A program made the position numbers and the translations under genes. Below, piece by piece: positions 16,508 through 58,790 of a stretch of 64,000 nt of DNA (its first letter is position 1; every line of letters starts with the position of its first letter). The stretch lies in assembly GCF_009914755.1 (NCBI RefSeq), contig NC_060941.1; one strand, given 5' to 3'. Source of the DNA: the human T2T-CHM13v2.0 reference genome, Homo sapiens. Under the pieces are notes generated by a model. That model was not told the origin of the DNA. It ran no database searches and saw nothing but the letters and a program-made list of their open reading frames with translations.

Positions 16508-18313
16508 TAAATTTTTATTTTTAATTGATGAAATGTTAAGCTAATGATTTAATTGTTTTATTTACTCAGTCAGATTTCAACTCCCTCAACTTCTGAACGA
16601 CTCCCTTGCTGGGAGTCAGGTTCTCAGTTATTATTACAAAGTTTAATAATGGAACCGTTCCATATGCATAAAGGACCAAGAGAAAGGAATGGGAAGGCTA
16701 GGGAATAACATTAACATCCACACACTGTGTACTGTGCTCTCTGCTTGGTGCTTTGCCCCCAGTGATAATTTCTTCATATAGTGCAATGTAGTTTGTAAGC
16801 TGGTTTTATATCCATGAGGTCTCAAGTACTCTCTGCCTTTTAGGACAGATGTAGATCCGGTTTTGTTTTTGTTTTTGTTTTTACAGTTTTATAAGAGTAG
16901 AAGTGATGCTGTTTTATTTGAAGCCTGAGAGCTTCTGGTTCCATAACCAGAAATTGCTACCTGGCTCTTCTATTGGAATGGAGGGCTTTTCCATTCTTAG
17001 TCCATCCAACTCTGAACTTGCTCTGAATCTCAAACCTTTCTATTCGCAGAACAAATGCTCAAATGCTTTCAAGAGTTTTTCTGTAGATTAGGTTTATTAG
17101 CACCAACTTCATGACTTCTAAAATGTGACTGCTTGAATACAGGTATCTACCAGTGATATGGGGTGGATAATTAATAATGCTTGGCTACCTCTATAAAGAC
17201 AGTGTTGCTTATTTTTCAGAACTTTTTTTTTTTCTTTTCTTGTTTTTTTTTTTTACCAATTATATTCTTCCCTTCTCCCCAAGAGGCGGGCAGAAAAGCA
17301 TTGTTAATCTCCTTTTACAGGTGAGGAAAAACAAGATCAGAGGTGCTAAGTGCTGTAGCCTAGTGCCAGGTCTTCTGTCCCCAATTCTGGGTTCTCCCCA
17401 AGCCCATGTTTCTCCTTTCTCGCAATCTTTACTACTTCCGCTGACCTTCAGCACCACCCAAAATACTTTTAATTCTGGAAAAGAAGCCCAGCTGCACACT
17501 GGCACACTTGACCTTCATGCAGTCAGAAGCTTTGGATGGTTCCCCATCCAAAATATTAGAGATGAATGAAAGTGAAGTAGGCATCTGACAAAAGTCACTT
17601 TTTCCCTTCTGCATTTAGGACCTCAAGTAATGTTTATCCAGAAACTGCTACCATACCATAGATTCATTGTATATTTAACAACATAGGCATACAATCTGGC
17701 AAATTAAAAATCTCCTAACCTACACCCTGGATCCCTGCCCAAATTTAAGAAAAGAACTAAGGTGGACACAGTGTTTTTTTCCATGTCGCATCTTCTGTGA
17801 TGGGGCTATGATATGTGGGAGCAGAGAATGGGGTGGGTGGGTGGAGCACATGCCAGATGAGGATCTATCAGCAATGGGAGGGGGCATCCCTCCCTGCTCC
17901 TTTAGCATCTCCACCCTGCTCCTCTCAGAGGACCGCCTTTCATTGCATTCAGCTGCGATGGTAGCAAGAACACGGGCACACTGAGGATGAGGAGAGTGGG
18001 AGCCTTGTGCTCTCTCTGCATATGAGGCAGGACAGCACAGGGTATGGAGCAGTCTGCAGAGAGGCCAGTTCATCAGCTCATCAGGGAAGCACTTGTCTTC
18101 CACCTTGGGCTTTGACTGAGCACTGGGCAATTGGCCCCTGGGGATCAACGGAATAATCCTAAGCAGAGTTACTCTATGTCACACTATGGAATGTTCCAAG
18201 TAGGTGGCCATGTTTTCAAAAGATGTCTTTTCCTCCTTTCGTTGTTGCCGTTTCATAGGTTTAGGTTTGGGTGTATGTTTCTCCTCTCTGAATGGCACTC
18301 GAATGTTTGCTGA

Positions 18314-20115
<1,802 letters not shown>

Positions 20116-20217
20116 TAGGAGAACCTGGGACTCCCAGGCCATAGCTTGTCTTGGCCATGTAACTTTGGCCATGACAGTGATCTCCCACTTTGCTCATGTA
20201 GACAGTGAAATAGATTA

Positions 20218-20540
<323 letters not shown>

Positions 20541-20649
20541 AGAACCTGTAAGCTACTCAACTGGAATACTGGGGTTTTGAAAAGTTAGCTTCCATTCTCT
20601 CTCTCTTTTTAATTGTTCTTTCTTTTTTCTTTTTTTTTTTTTTTTTTAG

Positions 20650-20922
<273 letters not shown>

Positions 20923-21846
20923 TAAAGGATCCTCGCTTCCAGGAGGTCTCTGTGAAATAAAACCAAGTTAATCCCACTAGACTATTTTAAGAAGTTAAGT
21001 TGATATAATAGCAAAATTTCTCCCACCCAAAACTATGTCAACAATTGGATGTACTCACTGAGTCACCCCTTACTCTGCCACTAATTTATTTCCTTGTTGC
21101 TTAAATGATGAGAGACATATAATCTCCACCCTCACGGAGTTGTCATCACCCTGGAGAGGAAGAAGACAGCCAAAAGAGAGAAGTATTGTCTTGTAGACTT
21201 ACTAGATTCACATAGTATCATCCTTCTCCAGTGTGTAAGGTGTTGTCTAAATAGGTCCAGTTAAAGAACTACAGGGTAGCCATTTTTAAAAAAAAATTTT
21301 GGCCACGTTTTCAAATTCACAGGGGAGGGGGAATGTCTCATACTCCAGCCCTCCTGAGCCTAGGCCCTCTGTGAGATGTGTCACCATTTCTTGGACACCA
21401 TATGAGACATTCCCCCTCGGATTAGAGATGCTCAACCTGCATCAACAAATCTAAAGCCTGCATCTGGCTACCCTGGGGCGAGTCCTGTTTACAGTGCCTA
21501 TTCCTGGAGCTCGCCTCTTTTTGCCTTTTGTTTGATTATGTGATGTATTACTTTTCCCAGCAGGCCAGTGCTAGCATACTGGAAGAGGGATTTAATAAGC
21601 TGGCACCCTTGATGCTATGCTCCTAATCCAACCTTATTTGCCTCATTGGCCATTTCCATTATGGTGGCAGCCCTCCATTCCAGCCACAGCAGCCCCTCAG
21701 CGTCCCCCAGTCACACTGTCCCCATTGCTGCTCATCTGTGCCTTTGTCCATCTACAATGCCCTTATTTCACTCTGCCTGTGGGAGTCCTGTGAATCTCTC
21801 CAAAGCCAACTCAGTTCATCTTTCTGCTTGAAACCTTCCCTGAATA

Positions 21847-22172
<326 letters not shown>

Positions 22173-23162
22173 CTAGTCCCTTTGTGAGATTTGTCCCCAT
22201 TTCTTGGACACCATATAAGAGACTTCAGAGGCTGAAGTGGGAGGATTGCTTGAGCCTGGGAGGTCGAGGATGCAGTGAGCTGTGGTCATACCACTGCACT
22301 CTAGCCTGGGCAACAGAGCGAGACCTTGTCTCAAAAACAGCCACCACCAAAAACTATCTTGGGATTTGAATAGGATTACCTTAAATTTGTAGATTAATTT
22401 GAGAATTGACATCTGTACGACATTCTAGAACATGGTATTTCATGTCATGTATTCATTTCTTGTTAATGTCTTTCAGAAGAGTTTTAGGGTTTCCATCATA
22501 TAGATCTTACACGTCTTTTGTTAGATAACAGATCTTTGTATTTTTGTTCCTAAATACTTCAGACATTTGTATTGCCATTGTAAATGGGATCTTTCTTCCA
22601 TTTTCTAGTTAGTTATTGGTGGTACATCTGAAAAGCATTTGAGGTTTGTGTGCTGCTCTCTTGATTTTGTTTCTAGCCACCGTACTGAATTCTCATATTA
22701 CTTCCAGTAAAATCTTAGTTGATTCTCTTAGGCTTCTTTGGCTAACATTTATTATTTTATATGCAAATAATTATAGTTTTGTCTCTTCCTTTTCAATACT
22801 TACACTCTTTCCTTCCTTTCCTTTCTTTTTTTTTTCTTTCTCAGGGCCTTGTTGTCACCCAGACTGGAGAGCAATGGTGTGATCTAGCTCACTGTAACCT
22901 CAAACTCCTGGGCTTAAGGGATCCTCCTGCCTCAGCTTCCTGAGTGGCTGGGACTACAGGCAGGCAGTGAATTTTAAAACTTTTGGTGTAGAGACAAGAT
23001 CTTGCTATGTTGCCCAGGCTGGTTTTCCTGCCACTTTAGAGCAGGTTTCCTTTTTTTCATACTTTTAAGAGGTTTTTATTAGGAATTGTCCATTGAATGT
23101 TAGCTAAAACAGTCAATAAAATGCGTTAAGTACCAGCTACATGCAAGACCCTAAGTTAGATA

Positions 23163-23732
23163 CAGTCAGCCCTCTTCATCAGCAGGTCCACATCTTCAGA
23201 TTCAACTAGATAAGGCTGAATATTTGAAGAAAAAAACAATAAAAATACAATTAGAAAGTACAGTATAACAACTGTTGCCATGATACAATATCTATACATT
23301 TTATTAGTGATGACCTAAAGTTCATGGGACCAGGCACGGTGACTCACACTTGTAATCCCAACACTTTGGGAGGCCAACCTGGGCAGCATAGTGAGACCTT
23401 GTCTTTAATAAAAATAAAAATAAAAAAATTAGCTAGTGTGGTGGTATGCACCTGTAGTCCCAGCTACTCAAGAGGCTGAGGTGGGCAGATCACTGGAGCC
23501 CAGGAGGTTGCGGCTGCTGTGAGCTGTGATTGTGACACTGCTCTCCAGCCTGAGTGACAGAGGGTGATCCTGTCTCTAAGTAAGTAAATAAATAAAGTAT
23601 ATGGGGGGGATGTGTGTTGGTTATATGCAAACACTGCACCATTATACGTAAGGGATTGAGCATCCACAGATTCTGGTATGGTGTGGAGGCGATATCCTAG
23701 AACCAGTCGTCTGCAAGGTAGCAAGGATGACT
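23163..23732. mobile_element. Tigger3/MER2-group DNA transposon relic interrupted by an Alu (23327-23595)
   Basis: Termini cagtcagccctc...ggatgactg; internal ggatgtgtgttggttatatgcaaacactgcaccatt is typical of this group. Confidence 0.7.
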
Positions 23733-23898
23733 GAACTGTGGAAGAATCAAAGCACTGTTAAACAGCATACAATTCCTGTCTTCAAAAAAGTTATCTCATC
23801 GGGTAGATGAGACTTAAAATGAATAAAAGGAATGAATACACATTGGAGATAGTGGTTGTTGTGATAGATAACCTTAATTGTGTTTTCTTCCAAAACGG

Positions 23899-24110
23899 GT
23901 GAATTCACATAAAAGGGCATCAGAAAAATACAAAGACAACCCATCAATATCAGGAGCCTGAGCATGAGTTAAAGCATGTGGATGGCCTAGAGCCATGTTT
24001 TTAAAATTGTTATTAAATATTGGTTTTTTACTTAAATCAATGAAAACTTTCTTTACTTTGTGGTTGTGTTCCTCAAAATGAGAATTTTTAACAATAATAA
24101 AAATAAAGCT
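23899..24110 (+). pseudogene. LRRC37BP1: LRRC37B-type terminal exon and 3'UTR (acceptor reads GG, not AG)
   Basis: GTGAATTCACAT...GGAGCCTGA (23899-23961) encodes VNSHKRASEKYKDNPSISGA*. Preceded by ttccaaaacGG. ATTAAA at 24012-24017 and AATAAA near 24096-24107. The 3' end is approximate. Confidence 0.75.
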
Positions 24111-24265
24111 TATTAGATCATTTTTAATGGTAATAAATTGGTTACTGAAGATTTGACTAAAGAGAAAACTAGGCCAATCTAAGTAGAGTCCAAATGAAGT
24201 AGAAAGTCCATAGAGAACAGGCAAAAAGGAAGTTGTGGAACCACAGACAGTAAAAGGAAAAAATT

Positions 24266-27820
<3,555 letters not shown>

Positions 27821-28254
27821 ATAGCCCCAATCTTTAAATGAGGAAATTGAGGTGCAGAGAGGGTCGGCCACTTGCCAAATGGGAAAAGCTAGAATTCTAA
27901 CCCAGACCATTTGCCTTCAAAACCTACCCTGACCACCACAGTAACCTGTGATAAGGTGCAACTCAGAGTAAATAACCTCCTCTCTGGGCCCTGATGTCTC
28001 TCTACCTACAATGGATTTCCTGTTCCTGTGTGGGGAGGGAGGTGCAACACCAGCCCCCGAGCTTTGAGCCTTGCCTCGTCCTCCCTGTATATTAAGGAGT
28101 GCTCAGATGTGGCTGTAGCTGCACCTCTTTCTCCAAGATGGAGCCCACCCAGAGATGCTGTGTGCAAAAGGCTTGACTCATAGCCGGCGCATAATATGCC
28201 TTCAATAAATGTTTGAAATTATTATTCTCGATGGTGTCACGGTGCTGGCTGAAA

Positions 28255-28425
28255 GGCAGCATAGCTCAGCAGTTAAGCCAGACGGTCCGGGTTCAAATCC
28301 CATCTCTACCATGTAATAGCTGTGTGACCTTGGGTAAGTTACTCAACCTCTCTGTTCCCCCATCTATAAAATGGGGGAAATGACACTATCTATTTTATAG
28401 AGCTATTGCAAGGATTAGCATAGAA
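28255..28425 (+). mobile_element. MIR
   Basis: gggttcaaatccc...agctgtgtgaccttgggtaagttactcaacctctctg. Confidence 0.85.
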
Positions 28426-29429
28426 AATGCCTCAACCGTGCCTGCCACTGATGTCAGGTTTTATTATTGCTGTAACACTTTCCCCTATTCAGAGTTTCAT
28501 CTCCTAGATCCCCGGGCACGGCAACAGCTGGCTTTCAGATCAGGGCCTCCCTGGGAGGTTTTAGTCTCAGCACAAGTCACCTGCCTTCCCCCTCTCTGGC
28601 TCCCAGCAGCCCCATCCTTCCCCCAGTCTTGGCCCGGGTTCCAGCACCGTCTCCTCCCCTCCCCTTTGCCCCTCAGCCCCAGGGTGACCAAAGCCTCTGC
28701 CTCGTGGGACGGCTTTCTAGCACTTTCCTCCTTTTAAGAGATTGACTGCAATTTCTATAGTAACATCACATTAGCCAGAAATTAATGTCCTCATTAAGAT
28801 AGCAATTAGGCACATTAGCGTGGCAATAAAAGAGAAGCTTATGAAATAACTGCTGGTTCCAAAATGCCTTTTAATTTAGTATTTTATATTGTGCCATGTT
28901 ATTAATTTTTTTCCCTCGGCAGAAGATAATAAGAGAAATGTTTGAATTGTGGGGAGGTTTAAAATAAAAAAAATTTTTGAGAAGGAAAGCAATGTTGATA
29001 CCTGTAGACAGACGATCTGTCTTCTCCCCAAAACCCCATTGGTCCTGAGTCCATAGGGTGACTCCATGGGGTGTCAGAAGAGGGACAGCATTGATGGGTA
29101 GGGGGCCAGGCCATGTCCTGGGACTTTTGGCCAGGCTTGGCATCCAGCGGAGATTGGAGTGGAACAGCCTTTGATCCTAGAAGCAGGAGAAATGGTGCCA
29201 TGTTTCTTTGCCCTAAACAACGAATACCTGTTGGTTTGGGATTTTCCCCCAATAGGCTCCATCTCCTGAATTCAAATTCTTTCAGCAAATGTTTCCTTGG
29301 TACCCTGTGGCTCTGACTCTGCTGTTGAGGGCTTTCCAGATTGTTGGAGACGACAGATGTATAAATGGGAAAATGCCATGATAAACTGGGAATGCAGTAT
29401 TTTGCAACTTGTAATGAAATCATGGCTCT

Positions 29430-32127
<2,698 letters not shown>

Positions 32128-32785
32128 CTCTGTAGAAGTTCTTTCTGCCCAGGTTTGCTCTCTCTCTAAGCTCCCACAGGAGCTGTGGCTTGGGTTGTTC
32201 AAGGCCCCAAATTCCCGACTGGACTTCCTTTCTTCAGCTCTGCATTGGGGTGTGACCAGGACTGAAGTATTTTATTGAAATCATTGGCTCTCCTGATAGC
32301 AAACAGAGAGTTGGTGTCAGTAAGGCAGAGGAGAGTTTAGTCTGTAGTGTGCTATGGAGTAAGGGAGCAATGGAAATCGGGAGCTTAGTTTGAACACACT
32401 CAGTGTCCCCTTGTGCAGTGTCCAACCTGCCCAACCGTACCAGCCCACCCTGATTGAGGGACTAAAGAGTGGAGGAAAGGAAGGGGAAAGGGATTTCACT
32501 GACAGCTGGAGCCTTAGCCCTCGGGCCAAATGAAGGACCTTCCCAGAACAGAGTGACCCAGAAGGAAGCTGTGGCCCAACCACCAAGATGGGTAACCCTG
32601 ACAGGCACAACCTGCCCTCTTGTCAATCAAGGCTGGACCACGTGGTGTGGGGAAGGGGTGAAGGACTAAGAGAGGGGGCAAAGAGGAGGGTAGGAAGGTC
32701 CTGGCCTAAACGACCCAGTTAGTTTCCCCATCACCCCCTACCCCCATCCTGTATCCCAGGGAAGTATAGTGCAGCTGGGTTCTTG

Positions 32786-32799
32786 GTTGCCATGGCGAC
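32786..32799. promoter_or_regulatory. RFX X-box motif
   Basis: GTTGCCATGGCGAC, one mismatch from the palindromic X-box GTTGCCATGGCAAC, in unique GC-rich DNA. Motif only; function untested. Confidence 0.55.
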
Positions 32800-32879
32800 T
32801 GACAAAAAAAAAGACTTGAGGGGAGGAAAACACCCCGGGGCATGAAGAAGCAATTTGCTCTCAGGTCTGGGAGTCAGCA

Positions 32880-33122
32880 CCGGAATCAGAATGTCCTAAG
32901 AAGGAAAGAAAACTGAGCGAGCCGGGCTTGGGTAGGTGGCAAACCTTCCCAAGGCCCCCTGCCAGCCATCCTAAGAGAGAGAGGGTAGGGGCGACCCCAG
33001 CTCTGTGTGGGAGGCGCCAACTCTAAGCCCCCACCCCCGAGGCTGCCCCTCCCACCCGAAGCGTTTAGCACCCAGGGTCTGGGGTGGGGGGCGAGGCGGG
33101 GGCGGGGCTTCCCAACGGATTG

Positions 33123-33158
<36 letters not shown>

Positions 33159-33620
33159 CTTAATTTCCAGTTCCGCCTTGGGACGAGTCCCTGGCTGGGG
33201 GAACCGCATCAGGCCTGACACCCATCCCATTCCCCCCTAAACCCAGAACGAGATCCAACCTCACTCCCCAGCCCCTTCCCGACCTCGCCGCTCAGGCTGT
33301 GATGGGAAGGTCCCTGGGAGTGGGGAGGAGGGCAAATTTAAACCCGGAGGGGATCCTGTAGCCCAGTTCTCCTCGGTTCCCTAAACCTCCAGGAAAGCGG
33401 AGAAAGTCACATTGTGGTGGCAGCAGCGGTTTTTTTTTTTAATCTGTTAATAAAACGCAAGTGAATCAAATCCGCCCTAAGGGAATTTGGGGGGCGCGGC
33501 GAGGCAGAGGCCATGGTGTTTGCAGAAGTTGGAAATTTAATAAGAAGGAAAAATAAAAATAGCCACTGTGCTGGAGAGAGAGAGAGAGAGAAGGTTGGGA
33601 GAAGCAGGCAAGTGTGGGAC
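32880..33620. promoter_or_regulatory. Promoter-like GC-rich island with GC boxes
   Basis: Locally CpG-rich; tandem GGGGCGAGGCGGGGGCGGGGC at ~33087-33108; poly(T) at 33125-33158; (GA)n at ~33573-33592; free of interspersed repeats. Confidence 0.45.
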
Positions 33621-33899
33621 TCCTAGCTGGGTGGAAACGTGCAGAGGGGGCTGGGGAAGGCGAGGGCACCACTAGTCCGGAGGAGCAAGGGAGACACTGC
33701 TGGGGATACCAGGAGGGGAGTCTTTGGGGTGTCACCAGAACAGTCCAGTTCCTTGGCAGATTTTTCACCAGCAGTGAGCTGGGCACAGAGGTTGGGGTTT
33801 GGCCCTCTAAACACCTGGGTGTAGAGGTCCAGCCTCTGGTTACTTGGTCTTCACAGCGCCCCCCACCTTCTGAGCTACTCAAGAGATGGGGGACAGTAG

Positions 33900-39792
<5,893 letters not shown>

Positions 39793-40149
39793 TCAAGGGC
39801 TGATCTCTCATGATCTCTATAATGTGCTTTTCACAGGGAAACATGTCCCCCCTGCCCCACAATCCCCTTGATAAAATCTTAGCTTTATGACTTTGTTCTC
39901 TGTTCATCTCAGATAACAGATGTTCCTGGAGTTGCCTTAGTCACAGGGCAGCGTGGCTTCAATTCAAAACAAGGAATGTCCAGACCCAAGCTGGGGCCTT
40001 GATTTAGACTTCAATCCTATTTCCTTCTGCCTCTCCTCCATCCCCACCAGCATCATGTTCTGGGGGTCTGGGTAGTGCAGGGGCCCCTTCCTTCTTGCTT
40101 TCCTCTCCTTTCCTTTCACGGCCAGGGCTGCAGCTCCAGGAGGGAATAT

Positions 40150-43080
<2,931 letters not shown>

Positions 43081-43176
43081 ATCCGGGGGTCAGATGGTTC
43101 TCATTACACTGGGTCTGCTGTCAGCCAACCTTGCCTCTCAGGGCCTAGTGGTGTTCAGAATGAAATCTTTCACTTT

Positions 43177-46900
<3,724 letters not shown>

Positions 46901-46974
46901 CTGCAAAAAACTTTAGAATTTGCCAGGCAGTCACAAGTCCCACCCAGGTTTAGGAGGTGGGAACACAGGTCCTG

Positions 46975-47349
46975 TGATATGGTTTGCATTTGTATCCCCC
47001 CCCACCCAAATCTTATGTTGAATTGTAATCCCTGGTGTTGGAGGAAGGGCCAGGTGGGAGGTGATTGCATCATGGGGTCAGAGTCCTCCCTTGCTGCTCT
47101 TGTGATAGTGAGTGAGTTCTCACAAGATCTGGTTGTTTAAAAGTGTATAGTACCTCCCTCCTCTTTCTCTTGCTCCTTCTCCAGCCATGTTTCCCCTTGG
47201 CCTTCCACCATGATTGTAAGTTTTCTGAGGCCTCCCCAGCTATGTTTCCTGTACAGCCCACAGAACCATGAGCCAATTAAGCCTCTTTTCTTTATAAATT
47301 ACCCAGTTTTGGGCATTTCTTCATAACAGTGTGAGAAGGAACTAATACA
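46975..47349 (+). mobile_element. MST-family (MaLR) solo LTR
   Basis: tgatatggtttg...ttataaattacccagt...actaataca. Confidence 0.88.
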
Positions 47350-47710
47350 CCCCGCCTCTCATGAGAGGAGTACCAGCACTTTGTAAGAAGAGCCTATGCA
47401 ATATGATCAATACCAGGGCTGACAATCTTTGCAAATCACAACCTGTCATTCCTTTCTCACTTCCCAGCTTCCCTGTTGCTATTTCCTGGGATCTGCTCCC
47501 AGGTCAACAACTTACCCCTGCAAATCTTTGTCTCAGGGTCTCTGCCTTTGGGAGGACCCAAACTAAGATATCCCACAAAATCAATAGTGTGTTTATATAG
47601 CTGGTATAGGTGTATGTAAACATTTAGAAAAAGGTCTGTAAGGATACACTCCAAACAGACAGCAGTAGCTTCTGTAAGGAGGGAACTGGGATGGGGGTTG
47701 AGAGGGTTCA

Positions 47711-48790
<1,080 letters not shown>

Positions 48791-48877
48791 GTTCATCTAT
48801 AATATATGATTTTTTTTTTTTTTGCCCCGAGGGAGGAAGAATTTTCTGAATCCCTGTGGTTAGTAAAAGAGAGAGGC

Positions 48878-53860
<4,983 letters not shown>

Positions 53861-53939
53861 GTAAGAAAATCCGTCTGACCTTCCTTCAGTTATGCAAAAG
53901 ATGTCATGTGGTGGGTGGTGTGACCTCAGAAAACCTAGA

Positions 53940-56420
53940 AGAGTTGGGGGTCCAGGCTGGTGGTGGGGTAAAAGACCCAAGTGAACACACCTGTCCTGCT
54001 GGGGTCACTACTCACCCCTAGGCCACAGGGCAAGCAAAGTGGCAAGCCGCAAATTGAATTGTGGGGCTGGAGGGGGATGTTTCATTGATGTCACAAATGA
54101 GCATGGACCCCATATCTGCAGCAGGGATGGTTCAGGGCCAGTCAAGGAGATGATCGGGGCCCACGGACCCTCAAACGCGTCAGGAAGCCAGGTTGGTCCC
54201 TGAGTGTGTGTGATGGGGTGTGTGTTTGTTGGGGGGACTGCCGCCGCCCGCCCCATTAGCACCGTCATTATCCCAGATTTACGTATGTATAATTTTTCTT
54301 CCTCCCCCTCCCCAAACCGCTCCAACATCTCTCCTGGCTGCAAACCCGCCTCCCCCAGAAACAGCCACGGAGCCGCCTGCCACCGGGCCATTAGCACGCA
54401 GGGAAGGGGGTGTGGAGGGAGGGGGCAGGCAGCAGGGAAGGGGAAAGGGGGAGCCAGGAGAGGACGAGGGAGGCAGGAGCTGTATGGATGGGAGTGAGGC
54501 GGCAAGATGGAAGAGAAGAGGGGAAGGAAACAGGGCTTAGAGGAGATGGGGAACCTCTGAGGGTTCTGGGGGGAGGGGGGGACACGTGTCCCAGAGGACC
54601 TGGCCGCAGACAGCGGGCCCCAGGGGCAGCCGAGGGTCTCCTGCGCCCTTTCTGGCCAATGCCAGGGCTGAGAATAGGGGTGTGGGGGTCCCATCGGCCG
54701 GGACTCTGTGGCTGGGTCTCAGCCCAGAAGTTACTAGAGGGCCTCGCGCCGGAACCCCTCCCCCACTCTGGGAACCTCCGCCTGCGGGGTGGGGTGGTGG
54801 TCTCCAGGCTGGGCGCGGGGAGGGCGCCGGCTGCAGAGCTGGGAGCCCGGAGCGACGACTTCCATCACCCTCCACTTTTCCCTCCTCGCCCCCGAACCTG
54901 GCCCCCTCCCTTCTTGCGCCCCTCGGGTTGGGGGCGCGGGAGAGCCCCCCTCTATTACGAGGGAAATCAATGCCGCATTAATGCAAGGTTTCCAGGCAAG
55001 GAGAGGGGATCGCTTCATAAAAGATGCATTGTTCCCATTGCCTGCACGCGGCTCCCTCCCCAGCATCCTGCAAGATGGCGGCGGCCCCAGGGAGGGAGGG
55101 GGAGGGGCTGGGGGGAGCGCGGCCCCCTCTCTCCGGCTGGGGAAGGTGGGAAGGGAGGCCGGGATAAAGGAAGGGAAGGGAGAGAGGGAGGGAGGGAGAG
55201 AGGGAGGGAGGGAGGAGGGGGCTGGGAGGCTGAGAGAGCGTTGGGGAGGCGGGAGCCAGTCAGAGGGAGGAGGGCGGGCTGGGGAGGGGGAGAGAGGGGA
55301 TGGCTGGGAACTCGGAGGAGGGAAGAGGAACGAAGCCCAAGGAGGTGGCACGGGGGAGGCAGGAGAGCAGGCCGGGGGGTTGGGAGTGGGGGGCGCTGGG
55401 GCCTGGAGGGGGGCAGGCGGGGGTGGGGGCAAAAGGGGAGGGAAAGGGGAGAAAAAGGCCGACTGGGCAGCGTGACCAGGAGAGAGGGGAAGACAGTACC
55501 CCCTCAACTGTCCCTAGGCTCCAAGCCCCCCTCCAGCGGGGCCCCTTGGTTCTCTCTCTTGGTCCCCGTACACCCTCCCGCCGAGGAGATGATCCAGGGA
55601 GCCCCCATTTTCTGGCATGGAGGCCGCTGCACCCCATTGGCTTGCCTCCCTACCCTCCTTCCTGCCTTGGCACCACGGCTGCCATGCTGAGAGGGATCAA
55701 GCCTCCTCCATCTGCCTCCCAAGTCAAGGCCTCCAGAGTTGACCCGAAAGAGCTCCTTAGGAAGAAACTGCCGTTTGGGCACACCTGCATCCGTCCTACC
55801 TGCTGGGGACGGTTCCAGAAACCAGACAGAGTTTCCAGAGAGGGAAACTGGGGCAGAGGACAGCCGAGAACTCAACACGGGGGGGCAGCGCCCCACCCGT
55901 GACCCCAGACCAACCTCAGCCCCCCTCCTCCCCGCCTTTTCCTCCATCCTCCGCGGGCAACCACGAAGACAGTTTCAAGGCCCCCCACTTCCCAGCCTTC
56001 CTGCTTCGCCTAGGGGAGCTCCCAAACGCCTGAAAATATCTTTAAATTAGGAAAAAGAGCTAAGCCGCCAGAGTCCTTTGGTCTATTAAAGGAAGAGCAG
56101 AGGCCACCGGCGCCCCCACCCCATCCCCAGCCCGGTTTTGCATTTGAAGCCCTGACCGCGGATCTAGCCAGAACAATGACGGGGCCTGCCCAGCCGGCCC
56201 CAGCTGAATCCCTTTCAGTGGTCCTGGGCCCCCTGCCAGGTGTGCCAAAATGAGGACGGCTCCCCTCCTAGGCCCTTTTCATCCCCTCGGGGCTGCTGGG
56301 GCCTCAGAGGCGCTAATGAAGCGCCTCTTGCCGCCTTCCCTCTAGGAAGAGGGGGCCTGGGGGAGCGGGAGGCAGGGCCACATTAGGGGCAGGCGCCTGG
56401 AAATCTGCCTTCCAAGAACT
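53940..56420. promoter_or_regulatory. GC-rich, CpG-island-like region with purine/G-rich tracts
   Basis: High GC and many CpGs at 54170-55140 and 55860-56400. YY1 motif CAAGATGGCGGC at 55071-55082. G-rich plus-strand tract at 55090-55490. No interspersed repeats. Confidence 0.7.
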
Positions 56421-56869
56421 GCCCCAGGAACATGTTTTTGTGCCTTGGTCAGCGGCAGCTCCCTCCCTCCCTGCTCCTCAGAGTCCTCCCACAGGTTCTG
56501 GTGACATCCACCTCCTCCAGGCAGCCCTCCCAGCCTGCTGGCATTGGCTCCCTACTGTGTTTCCTTCGGAGTTCGGCAGTGGGGGCAGGCTGCCTGGATT
56601 CAGATTGGAGCTCCATTGCTTTCTGGCTGTGGCTCAATTAGCCACCCTGAGCCTCAGTTTCCCCACCCGTCAAGAGAGGAGAATTATAAAAACCTATGTC
56701 ATGAGACTGTTGTGAAGGAGTCGCTGTGTGAAGAAATGTGGAAGGTCACACGTGCAAAGTGGGTGCAATAATCCCTAGACTTTCGCCTCAGCCATAGGGG
56801 CCCCTCACTGCACCCCAGACACACCCAGTGTGTGCCCATTTCTGGGACTTCCCACTGGCTGTTCTCTTT

Positions 56870-58790
<1,921 letters not shown>

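Noticed and set aside
54410-55690. 426-aa ORF (+) and overlapping 200-257-aa ORFs
   Set aside because: Low-complexity G/R/E or P-rich translations of a GC/purine-rich tract where stops are rare in all frames; non-ATG start; no recognisable domain.
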